Origin: Nitrososphaerota archaeon
Lineage (GTDB): Archaea; Thermoproteota; Nitrososphaeria; Nitrososphaerales; UBA57
Reading direction: 5' to 3'
Length of the DNA: 64,000 bases
Assembly: GCA_002713205.1 (NCBI GenBank)
Contig: PAVW01000006.1
Coordinates: forward strand, 4,779 to 68,778
Shown: positions 17,685-27,547 of the stretch, piece by piece
Position numbering within the stretch: the first letter of the stretch is position 1
Layout of the letters: every line of letters starts with the position of its first letter
Position numbers and translations under genes: made by a program
Notes under the pieces: generated by a model
What the model was told of the DNA's origin: nothing
The model's input: the letters and a program-made list of their open reading frames with translations, nothing else
Databases searched by the model: none

Positions 17685-19388
17685 ATGGGAGATGTATTTA
17701 TCTTGGTTGAAATAACTGGTGCTGAAGCTCTTATAAAGGCATTAATAAACGAAAAAGTAGAGGGTATTTTTGGATTACCTGGCGGTGCAAATCTACCTAT
17801 GTATGATACACTATATGATAGTGAAATTCGTCATATTTTAGCTCGACATGAACAGTGTGCGGCACATATGGCAGATGGATATGCAAGAGCGTCAAGGAAA
17901 CCGGGTGTTTGTTTTGCAACATCAGGTCCAGGAGCTACTAATCTAATTACAGGAATTGCAACTGCTTTTGCAGATTCTTCACCAATGGTAGCAATAACTG
18001 GGCAAGTGGCGACAAATATGATAGGAAAAGATGCATTTCAAGAATGTGATACAATAGGTATTGCTACACCAGTTACAAAATATACATATCAACCACTTAC
18101 ATCTGCTGAAGTTCCACAGATGATAAAAAATGCATTTCATATTGCTACATCTGGCAGGCCAGGTCCTGTTTTAGTTGATATACCTAAAAATGCTCAGGTT
18201 GATAAAATGGATATTACTTTTCCGAAAAAAGTGAATTTACGAAAAGCAAATCCTATAAACTCGCCTGACATTACAATGGTGAGCAAAGCAGCAGAATTAT
18301 TGTTAAAAGCAGAAAGACCAATGATAATGACAGGAGGAGGCACAATAATATCCGGTGCATTCAGAGAACTCCAAGCCGTGGCAGAATTTTTAATGTCTCC
18401 AGTTGTATCAACATTTAAAGGAAAGGGCGGATTTTCAGAAACACATTATCTTTCTCTAGGCCCAATTGGAATGCATGGCCATATTGAAGCAAACAAATTA
18501 GTATTGGAGGCAGATGTACTACTAGCTGCAGGAGCAAGATTTTCTGATCGTTCAGTTGGAAAATGGGATGAATTTGCTAATGAAATGAAAATAATTCATG
18601 CAGATATAGATCCATCAGAAATAGGAAAAAATAAAGATGCGGATATTGGTCTAATAGGCGATATAAAAAATACATTAAAGCTATTATTATCGTCATTAGA
18701 ACAGAAAGCAAAAAGTAAGAATGAAGACTATCCATGGATTAAACATGTTAAAGAAATAAGAGATATTTGGAGAAGTAAACCATTACCAGCACCAAGAGAA
18801 ATTACTGGGCCAAGACTATTAAAGAAAATGAGAGAGATTCTGCCTGCTGCTTGTCTTTATACAACAGAAGTGGGTCAGCATCAAATGTGGGCATCATTAC
18901 ACTTTGATGTTATAGAACCTGGGACATTCTTTACATCAACAGGTCTAGGAACAATGGGTTGGGGTCTTCCAGCTGCTGTCGGTGCAAAATTTGCCAGGCC
19001 AGATTTACCCGTAATTGATATAGCAGGAGATGGAAGTGTGCAAATGACTGAATCAACATTAGCAACTTCTGTGACAGAAGATTTGCCTGTAATAACAGTA
19101 ATTTTTAACAATGGAATGTTAGGAATGGTAGCTCAATGGCAAAGATTATTCTATGAAAGAAAATACATGGGTGTGGAATTAAAAGGACTACCAGACTATG
19201 TGAAAATTGCAGAGGCGTATGGTGCAGAAGGGATAAGAGCCCAGTCTATGAATGAATTTGAAAAGGCATTGAAATCAGCTCTAAATAGTAACATTGCTAC
19301 AATTATAGATGTACCAATAAATCCAGAAGAAGATGTATTTCCATTTGTTGTTCCAAATACTGCTCTAAAAGACATGGTAATAGCCTAA
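17685..19388 (+). CDS. ilvB: Thiamine-diphosphate enzyme, acetolactate synthase large-subunit-like
   Basis: 567 aa. N-terminus is GAEALIKALINEKVEGIFGLPGGANLPMYD..HEQCAAHMADGYARASRKPGVCFATSGPGATNL. The TPP-binding motif is GDGSVQM...NNGMLGMV. No small regulatory subunit lies adjacent, so the exact activity is unverified. The start could be a few codons downstream. Confidence 0.8.
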   Translation: MGDVFILVEITGAEALIKALINEKVEGIFGLPGGANLPMYDTLYDSEIRHILARHEQCAAHMADGYARASRKPGVCFATSGPGATNLITGIATAFADSSPMVAITGQVATNMIGKDAFQECDTIGIATPVTKYTYQPLTSAEVPQMIKNAFHIATSGRPGPVLVDIPKNAQVDKMDITFPKKVNLRKANPINSPDITMVSKAAELLLKAERPMIMTGGGTIISGAFRELQAVAEFLMSPVVSTFKGKGGFSETHYLSLGPIGMHGHIEANKLVLEADVLLAAGARFSDRSVGKWDEFANEMKIIHADIDPSEIGKNKDADIGLIGDIKNTLKLLLSSLEQKAKSKNEDYPWIKHVKEIRDIWRSKPLPAPREITGPRLLKKMREILPAACLYTTEVGQHQMWASLHFDVIEPGTFFTSTGLGTMGWGLPAAVGAKFARPDLPVIDIAGDGSVQMTESTLATSVTEDLPVITVIFNNGMLGMVAQWQRLFYERKYMGVELKGLPDYVKIAEAYGAEGIRAQSMNEFEKALKSALNSNIATIIDVPINPEEDVFPFVVPNTALKDMVIA

Positions 19389-19476
19389 GAATATTGGAAA
19401 AAAATTAGTTAAATAAAGAATAATAGATGGTAGAAACACAACAATTTTATTGTATTCCGAGTTAGAATTTTAAGAA

Positions 19477-20394
19477 TTGCCTAGAAGAAATCACGGTAAT
19501 AATAAGAGCGGTCAAGAACTTCAGAAACCAGAGTGGTTAAAGATTAGTTTGAGCAAGGATGCGAATTATTCACATATTAAAAAATTAACAAAAATGTCAA
19601 ATTTACATACTGTATGTGAAGAAGCCAATTGTCCGAATATTTATGAATGTTGGAATGGAGGAACAGCAACTTTCATGCTATTAGGAGATGTTTGTACTCG
19701 TGTATGCAAATTTTGTTATGTGAAATCTGGAAAACCAAATGGAATAGTAGATAGTTTTGAGCCAGAAAATGTTGCAAAGACTGTTAACAAATTAAATTTT
19801 AAATATGTAGTTCTAACATCTGTTAATCGTGATGATCTTGATGACGGAGGAGCTAGTCATTTTGCACAAACAGTAAATGAAATTCATAAGATCAATCCAA
19901 AGATTTTAGTTGAAGTATTGATTCCTGACTTTGCTAATGATTTGTCTTCATTATCGACTATTGTGAATTCTAAACCAACAGTAGTTGCACATAATATAGA
20001 AACTACAGAGTCATTAAGTCCAATGATACGAGATATCAGAGCAGATTATCATAAATCATTGAATGTATTAAAGACAATAAAAAAGATTGAACCTAAAATT
20101 TATACTAAATCATCAATTATGTTAGGATTAGGGGAAACAGAAAACGAGGTAATTCGCACCATGAGAGATTTAAGAAAAGTAGATGTAGACATAATAACAC
20201 TAGGTCAATATCTACAACCATCTTCATTTCATGCGCAAATAAAAGAATACGTGCATCCTAAAAAATTTAAAAAATTAAAATCCATTGGATTAAAAATGGG
20301 ATTTATGTACATTGCTGCTGGGCCATTAGTTAGAAGTTCGTATAAAGCAGGAGAATTGTTTGTAACAAGTATCAAGAGAGAAAAAAGAACATGA
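19477..20394 (+). CDS. lipA: Lipoyl synthase
   Basis: 305 aa with the auxiliary cluster motif CEEANCPNIYEC and radical-SAM motif CTRVCKFC. Confidence 0.9.
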   Translation: MPRRNHGNNKSGQELQKPEWLKISLSKDANYSHIKKLTKMSNLHTVCEEANCPNIYECWNGGTATFMLLGDVCTRVCKFCYVKSGKPNGIVDSFEPENVAKTVNKLNFKYVVLTSVNRDDLDDGGASHFAQTVNEIHKINPKILVEVLIPDFANDLSSLSTIVNSKPTVVAHNIETTESLSPMIRDIRADYHKSLNVLKTIKKIEPKIYTKSSIMLGLGETENEVIRTMRDLRKVDVDIITLGQYLQPSSFHAQIKEYVHPKKFKKLKSIGLKMGFMYIAAGPLVRSSYKAGELFVTSIKREKRT

Positions 20395-21365
20395 TAATGA
20401 CATTAAATCAAGCAGTGAGAAGTGCATTAAATAATGAAATGGAAAAAAATGATAAAATTGTCCTCTTAGGAGAAGATATTGGAAAAACTGGCGGTGTTTT
20501 TCGAACGACAGAAGGTTTGTATGATAAATTTGGGTCAAAAAGAGTAATAGATACGCCATTAAATGAATCAGGGATTGTAGGGACCGCAATTGGCATGGCA
20601 TTGTATGGAATGAAACCTGTGGTTGAAATCCAATTTATGGATTTTGTATTTCCAGCGTTTGATCAGATAGTTTCGGATCTTTCTAAATTTAGATATAGAA
20701 CAGGAGGTGCTTACAGTTGTCCAATAGTGATTAGAATGCCATATGGCGGAGGAATTAAAGGAGCTTCGTATCATTCGCAAAGTGGTGAAACTCATTTTGT
20801 ACATACGGCAGGGCTAAAAGTAATCATACCTTCAACACCATATGATACCAAAGGATTATTAATATCTGCAATGCGAGATGATGATCCGGTTATTTTCTTT
20901 GAACCAAAAAGATTCTATAGATCAATTAAAGAAGATATTCCTGAAGAATCTTTTACCATACCAATAGGTAAAGCAAACATTATTGAAGAAGGAAATGATG
21001 TAACTGTAATTAGTTATGGTGCAACCATGCAAACAGTAAAAGAGGCTACGTCAATAATAAAAGAAGAAGGAATAAATCCAGAAGTAATTGATTTAAGAAG
21101 CCTCTCACCTCTAGATTCAAATACGATATTGCAATCAGCAAAAAAAACAGGCAGAGTAGTCATTGTACATGAAGCACCAAAAACACTTGGAATGAGTGCA
21201 GAGATTTCAGCATTAATATCTGAAAACTGTTTAGAGTATTTAGAAGCACCAATACAAAGAGTAACAGGCTTAGATACGCCATTTCCATACACATTAGAAA
21301 AACAATATTTACCTGATGTGAACAGAATATATAAAAAAATTAAATTAACGGTAGAATACACTTAG
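20391..21365 (+). CDS. 2-oxoacid dehydrogenase E1 component, beta subunit
   Basis: 324 aa with transketolase-like pyrimidine-binding and C-terminal domains (LLGEDIGKTGGVFRTT, VIDTPLNESGIVG, EIQFMDF). It overlaps the lipA stop by 4 nt. Confidence 0.9.
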   Translation: MIMTLNQAVRSALNNEMEKNDKIVLLGEDIGKTGGVFRTTEGLYDKFGSKRVIDTPLNESGIVGTAIGMALYGMKPVVEIQFMDFVFPAFDQIVSDLSKFRYRTGGAYSCPIVIRMPYGGGIKGASYHSQSGETHFVHTAGLKVIIPSTPYDTKGLLISAMRDDDPVIFFEPKRFYRSIKEDIPEESFTIPIGKANIIEEGNDVTVISYGATMQTVKEATSIIKEEGINPEVIDLRSLSPLDSNTILQSAKKTGRVVIVHEAPKTLGMSAEISALISENCLEYLEAPIQRVTGLDTPFPYTLEKQYLPDVNRIYKKIKLTVEYT

Positions 21366-21372
21366 TGATTAT

Positions 21373-22527
21373 ATGGTATACAATTTTAGATTAGCTGACA
21401 TAGGAGAAGGGATTGTAGAAGGCGAGATAAGTAAGTGGTTTGTTAAAAAAGGAGACATTGTAAAGGAAAATCAACCATTAGTAGAAGTAATTACTGAGAA
21501 AGTAACAGTAGAATTACCATCTCCAGTAAATGGAAAAATAATTGAAATAGGACCAGATTCAGGTAAAATAGTAAAAGTTGGCGAAACTGTGGTTATTATA
21601 GACGATGGTAGTAAAACAGAAACAAATCAAGAAATACAAGTACCAGAAATAAAAAATCAAATAAAAAATGAATTAAGGAAAAACAATGAAAATAAAAAAA
21701 TAATTGCTACTCCCGCAGTAAAGAGATTAGCAAAAGAATTGGGAATAAATTTAATAAAAGTGATCGGTACAGGAGAAAATGGGAAAATTATTGAAAAAGA
21801 TGTAAAACGTTTTTCAAAACTCCAAGATTCCAATAATGAAGAAAGAATATCAATAAAAGGAACGCGAAAAACAATTGCAGAACGATTATCGAAATCATCA
21901 CATAGAGTAGTGCAAGCTTGGATTATGGAAGAGATAGACATGAATAGAGTTTCAGAATTAAAAACAAAATTAAAAGATCATAGAAATAAAGAAATTAAAT
22001 TAACTTACATGCCATTTATCATAAAAGCCGTAATCGAATCATTAAAAACTAATCCTAAGATTAATGCATCATTAGATGAAGAAACTAACGACATAGTAAT
22101 AAAAAGAGATTTCAACATAGGAATAGCAACAGATACAGAGCAAGGATTAGTAGTTCCAGTAATTCAAAAAGCACAAGAAAAAAATATTTTTGAGCTTGCA
22201 AAAGAAATTAATGAATTAGTAAGTTTAGCAAAGAACAATAAATTAAATATTGAAAATCTACAAGGAGGAACATTTACAGTTACAAATATAGGATCTATTG
22301 GTGGAATATCATCAATACCAATTGTCAATCACCCAGAGGTAGCAATTCTTGCAGTAAATAAAATTATGAAAAAAGTCGTACTTTGGGAAAATGAAATTAT
22401 TGCCAGAGATAGAGTGTATTTGTCATTATCCTTTGATCATAGAGTTTTAGATGGTGCAGATATTGCAAGATTCCTGAATTCAATTAAAGATTATTTGCAA
22501 GATCCAGATAGATTAATTCAACAATGA
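21373..22527 (+). CDS. 2-oxoacid dehydrogenase E2 component (dihydrolipoamide acyltransferase)
   Basis: 384 aa with an N-terminal lipoyl domain (VEVITEKVTVELPSPVNGKI), a peripheral subunit-binding domain (ATPAVKRLAKELGINL) and the catalytic motif SFDHRVLDGA. Confidence 0.9.
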   Translation: MVYNFRLADIGEGIVEGEISKWFVKKGDIVKENQPLVEVITEKVTVELPSPVNGKIIEIGPDSGKIVKVGETVVIIDDGSKTETNQEIQVPEIKNQIKNELRKNNENKKIIATPAVKRLAKELGINLIKVIGTGENGKIIEKDVKRFSKLQDSNNEERISIKGTRKTIAERLSKSSHRVVQAWIMEEIDMNRVSELKTKLKDHRNKEIKLTYMPFIIKAVIESLKTNPKINASLDEETNDIVIKRDFNIGIATDTEQGLVVPVIQKAQEKNIFELAKEINELVSLAKNNKLNIENLQGGTFTVTNIGSIGGISSIPIVNHPEVAILAVNKIMKKVVLWENEIIARDRVYLSLSFDHRVLDGADIARFLNSIKDYLQDPDRLIQQ

Positions 22528-23186
22528 CAATTCTTAAAATAGCCGATATTGGAAAAATAGAATACAAGAGATCATTGGCATTACAAAAAAGATTAGTCGA
22601 AGCACGTAAAAAAAAACAGATATGCGATACATTATTACTAGTAGAACATCCAGGAACCATAACGTTAGGAAAACAAACAAATAATTCAGATTTAGTTGAT
22701 GAAAAGTTTCCTATTTTTAAGATTGATAGAGGAGGAAGTGCAACTTACCATGGACCAGGTCAACTGATAGGATACATAATAATGGATCTAATAGGAAAAG
22801 AAATTTCAATCAGTGTATTAGTGAGAAAAATTGAAAAATGTTTGATAGATACATTAGCAGAATACAATATCGAGTCTAATATGATTACTGGAAAACCAGG
22901 TGTGTGGTATGAACAAAAAAAAATTGCTTCAATTGGTTTAGCGGTAAAAAAATGGATTACTTATCATGGATTTTGTTTGAATATAAACACAGATCTAGAG
23001 GCATATGACGCAATTAAACCATGTGGATTTGATAGTAAAATAATGACTTCGTTAAAGCAATTGAAAGGTAAAGAAATTTCTGAAATTGAGGTAAAAGAGA
23101 AACTAGTAAAAAATTTTACTAAGATATTCGACTATGAAGAGATTGAATATCAGTACAATTTATCGTCACAGTTAAAAATCAAATAA
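22524..23186 (+). CDS. lipB: Octanoyltransferase (lipoate-protein ligase B)
   Basis: 220 aa with RGGSATYHGPGQL and the catalytic KPCG segment. It overlaps the E2 stop by 4 nt. Confidence 0.85.
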   Translation: MTILKIADIGKIEYKRSLALQKRLVEARKKKQICDTLLLVEHPGTITLGKQTNNSDLVDEKFPIFKIDRGGSATYHGPGQLIGYIIMDLIGKEISISVLVRKIEKCLIDTLAEYNIESNMITGKPGVWYEQKKIASIGLAVKKWITYHGFCLNINTDLEAYDAIKPCGFDSKIMTSLKQLKGKEISEIEVKEKLVKNFTKIFDYEEIEYQYNLSSQLKIK

Positions 23187-24054
23187 ATTCTTTCATAATT
23201 TCTTTAGACATATTACCAGTATTATCAAGAGGTTGTTCTACCAAAGGACCATTCTTTAAGCCAGGGTCGTCATCTTCATAAGTAGCTTGATTTGCTTCAT
23301 AGAATACACCAATGGGAATTTTAACATCCCATTCATGTGCTTTCTTAATTGCTGAATCTAAATTACGTGTATTGTGTTTTTCATCTTCGAGTTTATAGAC
23401 TCTTTCACGAAACCATTCATAAGTCTGAATTTTATTATAAGTAACACAAGGACTAAGAACATCTACCAGTGAAAATCCCTTATGTGTAAGAGCATTTTTA
23501 GTAATCATAGCTAAATGAGATGGATCACCTGAAAAACCTCTAGAAATATAAGTTGCGCCAGAAATCAATCCCAAAGCAATTGGATTTACAGGTACTTCCA
23601 ATGAACCAGTAGGTGTAGACTTTGTAAGCATTCCTTTATCAGAAGTAGGAGAGGCTTGACCAGTTGTTAAACCATAAACTTGATTATTCATTACAATATA
23701 TGTAAGATCAATATTACGCCTCATAGCATGAATGAAATGACCTAACCCTATTCCATAGCCATCACCATCACCACCAGTGGCAATAACTTTAAGATTATGG
23801 TTACCAAATCGTATTCCACTTGCTACGGGTACTGCCCTACCATGCAGACCATGAAATCCATATGAATTAATAAAACCCGTTATGTTTGAAGAACAACCAA
23901 TACCAGAAACCACTACTACATCTTTAGAATTAATTTGTAATTCAGTTAATGCACTTAGCACGCCTCTAAGAACGGCAAAATCACCACAACCCGGACACCA
24001 AGTTGGAGTGGTATTTGTTTTATAATCAGATATTTTTTTTGATTCAGTCTCCAA
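23179..24054 (-). CDS. korB: 2-oxoacid:ferredoxin oxidoreductase, beta subunit (TPP/Fe-S)
   Basis: 291 aa with TWCPGCGDF, GIGCSS and GGDGDGYGIG motifs. 2-oxoglutarate versus pyruvate specificity is unknown. Confidence 0.9.
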   Translation of the reverse strand: METESKKISDYKTNTTPTWCPGCGDFAVLRGVLSALTELQINSKDVVVVSGIGCSSNITGFINSYGFHGLHGRAVPVASGIRFGNHNLKVIATGGDGDGYGIGLGHFIHAMRRNIDLTYIVMNNQVYGLTTGQASPTSDKGMLTKSTPTGSLEVPVNPIALGLISGATYISRGFSGDPSHLAMITKNALTHKGFSLVDVLSPCVTYNKIQTYEWFRERVYKLEDEKHNTRNLDSAIKKAHEWDVKIPIGVFYEANQATYEDDDPGLKNGPLVEQPLDNTGNMSKEIMKEFI

Positions 24055-25788
24055 TTAAATAATATCCCTCACTTTATCAATAATTTCTTCGGTATAAAAT
24101 GGCTCTCCATCATACTTAAATAAAGTATGATTAATTTTGAATCCGGTTTCCATAGTAATTAATTTAGATAGTTGGCCTGTGAAATTTCCTTCAATAATCA
24201 ATGTGTCATTACTCGTTTCAAGAATTTTTTGAATTCCAGATTGAAAAGGTGCTAAATATTTTATATGAAGATGATTTATTGGCAAGTTTTCTTGAGAGAA
24301 AAAATGCATAGACTCTCTAATAACATTAAAAGTTGAACCCCAACTGACTAGAGTCAATTTAGCATCATCAGTACCATATAACTTAGGAATTGGCAAATCT
24401 TTTTTTACAAAATCCATTTTTTTCATTCTTTTGTCCATTATCTTTGTTCTCATTTCAGGATCGGTAAAAACATCACTAATTACATTACCAAAATCATCAT
24501 GTTCATCACTTGTAGCCTGAAATATAGTACCAGATGTTCCAGGAAAAGCACGTGGAGAAACACCAGTGGGTGTAAATTTATATCTTCTATATGCATTGTC
24601 AGATGGTTTATGAGTAACAATTTCACCTCTATCAATAATGGCATCAAAATTAAATGAATCAACTGATTCCATGTGTTCAGAGAGAAAAAGATCAGATAGT
24701 AAGATAACAGGAAGTTGATATTTATCAGCAAGATTAAACGCCTCAATAGTTGAATAATAACAATCTTCAACAGTAGATGGTGCGATAATAACTTTAGGGA
24801 AATCTCCTTGTGATGCACCAATAGCTTGGAATAAATCTGCTTGTTCTGTTTTGGTCGGCAATCCAGTAGATGGACCGCCTCTCATCGAATTAATTATCAC
24901 TAAAGGTGTTTCTGTCTGTCCTGCAAGTCCAATAGCTTCAGTCATTAATGAAAAACCACCTCCAGATGTACCCACCATAGACCTAGCACCTGCAAAAGAT
25001 GCACCAATTGCCATATTAATTACTGAAATTTCATCTTCTGCTTGTTTAACAACCATGCCAGTTTGTATTGAATGTGCAGAGAGCCAGTGTAATATAGACG
25101 ATGCAGGAGTCATAGGATATGCGGCATAAAACTTACAGCCTGCAGATATTGAACCCAATGATAATGCTTGATTCCCTGTTAAAACAGGTCTTTTATTGTC
25201 AAGATCAGTTTCTAATTTAAAATCAAATTGTGGTAAATTTTTGTCTGCATAATCATAACCTGCTTTAGAAACTTGTAAATTAACTTCCATAGCAGTTTGT
25301 TTCTTTTTTCCAAAATAATCACGAATAACGTTCGCCATATTTTCAAAATCTAAATCTAATAGCTTAATTAATGCACCGAGCGCAACCGTATTTTGTAAAA
25401 TAGGATTACGTCCAATATCTTTAATTATCTGACCGACAGGTAGAGGACATAATATTATATTTTCGTTGATTTTATCTTTATTTGGTTTAATTTTATCACT
25501 ATTATACAATATTGCACCACCAGGAACAATATCAACACAATTTCTTTCAAATTCACGCTGGTTTAAAGCAATTAAAAAATCAACTTTATTTCCATGTGTA
25601 AAAACTTTTTCATGGGATGCACGAATTTGTAACCAAATAAAACCTCCTCGGATTACAGATTGATAGCTATTATAAGCTAATAGATGTAAACCACTTCTTG
25701 AACAAATTTTTGCAAATGCTTCACCTGAAGAGGCTATTCCATCGCCAGCTGCTCCAGCTACACGTAATACAACCTCAGTTTTAGACAT
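24055..25788 (-). CDS. korA: 2-oxoacid:ferredoxin oxidoreductase, alpha subunit (fused gamma-alpha type)
   Basis: 577 aa with an N-terminal gamma-like domain and an alpha domain (AAYPMTPAS). It directly abuts the beta subunit gene. Confidence 0.9.
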   Translation of the reverse strand: MSKTEVVLRVAGAAGDGIASSGEAFAKICSRSGLHLLAYNSYQSVIRGGFIWLQIRASHEKVFTHGNKVDFLIALNQREFERNCVDIVPGGAILYNSDKIKPNKDKINENIILCPLPVGQIIKDIGRNPILQNTVALGALIKLLDLDFENMANVIRDYFGKKKQTAMEVNLQVSKAGYDYADKNLPQFDFKLETDLDNKRPVLTGNQALSLGSISAGCKFYAAYPMTPASSILHWLSAHSIQTGMVVKQAEDEISVINMAIGASFAGARSMVGTSGGGFSLMTEAIGLAGQTETPLVIINSMRGGPSTGLPTKTEQADLFQAIGASQGDFPKVIIAPSTVEDCYYSTIEAFNLADKYQLPVILLSDLFLSEHMESVDSFNFDAIIDRGEIVTHKPSDNAYRRYKFTPTGVSPRAFPGTSGTIFQATSDEHDDFGNVISDVFTDPEMRTKIMDKRMKKMDFVKKDLPIPKLYGTDDAKLTLVSWGSTFNVIRESMHFFSQENLPINHLHIKYLAPFQSGIQKILETSNDTLIIEGNFTGQLSKLITMETGFKINHTLFKYDGEPFYTEEIIDKVRDII

Positions 25789-25817
25789 AGATCATCAAAG
25801 ATATTAAAAAAGTTATA

Positions 25818-26072
25818 TTATTTAATCTTACAAATAAAAAATTTTAATGATTTTTCGGTTTTATTGAAAAAAATTAGATCGTGTCCTGTTTTTTTAACCC
25901 AAGATTTAATATCTTCTTCGGCAACTGGATCATCAGCTAATACTTCAAGGATATCACCATCTTTCATTTCCAAAATTTTTTGACGTGTACGAAAAACCGG
26001 TTCTGGACAAAAATATCCCCTCATATCCAAGCTAAAATCAGGTTTTATAGATTTTGATTTATCATCATCCAT
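25818..26072 (-). CDS. TusA/SirA-family sulfur-carrier protein
   Basis: 84 aa with DMRGYFCPEPV (CPxP motif) and ILEVLADDPVAEEDIKSW, typical of the TusA family. Confidence 0.75.
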   Translation of the reverse strand: MDDDKSKSIKPDFSLDMRGYFCPEPVFRTRQKILEMKDGDILEVLADDPVAEEDIKSWVKKTGHDLIFFNKTEKSLKFFICKIK

Positions 26073-26183
26073 ATTAGAATTGAAAGAATATGAAATAAAT
26101 AGTATTTGGATTTAGGTAAAAAAAAAATATTATATTTATATCGAATATATTTTGTTTAATTAGTGTTATAACATTAATACTAA

Positions 26184-27481
26184 ATGAATATTATGGAATT
26201 CAAGCTGCCTAGAGGGATGAGGGATATAGAGCCAGCAGAATATGCTATTATCGAAGAGGTTAGAGAAGCTTTCAAACAAACATGTAAGGTTTTTAATTTT
26301 AGAATAATGGAGCCATCACCTATAGAAATGTTATCAACATTAGAAGCTAAAGGAGACCTAGCAATCAGAGATGAAATATATTATTTCAAAGATAAAGGAG
26401 ACAGAGAATTAGGATTAAGATTTGATCTAACGGTTGGTATAACAAGAAACATAACCCAAAAAAAAGGAATCGTATTACCGGTCAAAATTGGGACATTTGG
26501 AAGCATGTTCAGATATGATGAACCTCAATATGGCAGATATAGATGGTTTCATCAATGGAATGCTGAAATTTATGGAGAAAATGAATTAGAAGCCGAAGCT
26601 GAAATTATAGATTTTACTACGTTTCTTTTTAATATATTAGGACTGAAAAATCTAATAATTAAAATAGGTGATAGAAGACTTGCAGAAGATTTCATAAGAA
26701 AAGAATTAAAAGAAAATGATTTAGAAACGGTAAAAAAATTACTGCGACTTCTAGATAAAACAAATAAAAAGAATGATAATGAAATAATTGATGAAGCGAA
26801 ACAATCTGGAATATCAAGAGAGATAATTATTAATCTTCTAGAATTTGGAAAAATAAAAGAATCGCCTGAACATTTAAAGAAAATGATAATATAAAAAATA
26901 GAAGATGTCAAGATATCATAACTCTTGTAGATCTTCTTAAAGAACGAAATATTAGAAATATTGAAATAGACTTTGGTTTAGTACGAGGTTTAGATTATTA
27001 TTCTGGTGTAGTATTTGAAATAATCAATAACGATGATCCAAATATTGGATCAATTGCAGGAGGAGGAAGATATGACAAACTGCCAGAAAATTTTGGAAGA
27101 AGTGATTTAGGTGCGGTTGGAATTGCTGGCGGGATAGAAAGAACAATATCTGCATTAATAAAACCATCAGATATATATAATAATATTATTTATATCGCCT
27201 ATACAAATTATAAATTTAAAAAAGAGATACTATCCTTGACAAAACAACTTAGAGAACATGGATTAACTGTTTCTTATGACTTAACAAATAAAAAATTAAA
27301 GAGGCAATTTGAATTGGCTGCTTTACGGAACTGTAAAATGTTAATTCTATTTGCTGATAAAGAATATTCTGAGGGGAAAGTTATTCTGCGTAATATGACA
27401 ACTGGAAAAGAAGATTTAATCAATAAAAATATAATAAAAAAATCAATATTAAATGAATTAAATAAATTTAAAAAAAAATAG
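26184..27481 (+). pseudogene. hisS: Histidyl-tRNA synthetase, reading frame interrupted (frameshift near 26870-26891)
   Basis: The N-terminal 236 codons carry class II motifs (LPRGMRDIEP; FRYDEPQYGRYRWFHQWNAEIYG) and end at TAA 26892-26894. The remainder is open in a different frame from 26870 to 27481 and has no ATG before 27236; it encodes LVRGLDYYSGVVFEI, GGGRYD, GIAGGIERT and the anticodon-binding domain. Joined length would be about 430 aa, normal for HisRS. This could be an assembly error rather than a true pseudogene. Confidence 0.8.
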
Positions 27482-27547
27482 ATAAGGTCATTAATTTAAC
27501 CCATTTTAATCAAAATTTTAAATGCTGTTACAGTTTATAATTAAAAG

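Noticed and set aside
26876-26891. Programmed -1 ribosomal frameshift in hisS
   Set aside because: The required frame change has the -1 sense, but no canonical X XXY YYZ slippery heptamer or obvious downstream structure is present in the permitted window. An indel, real or from assembly, is more parsimonious.
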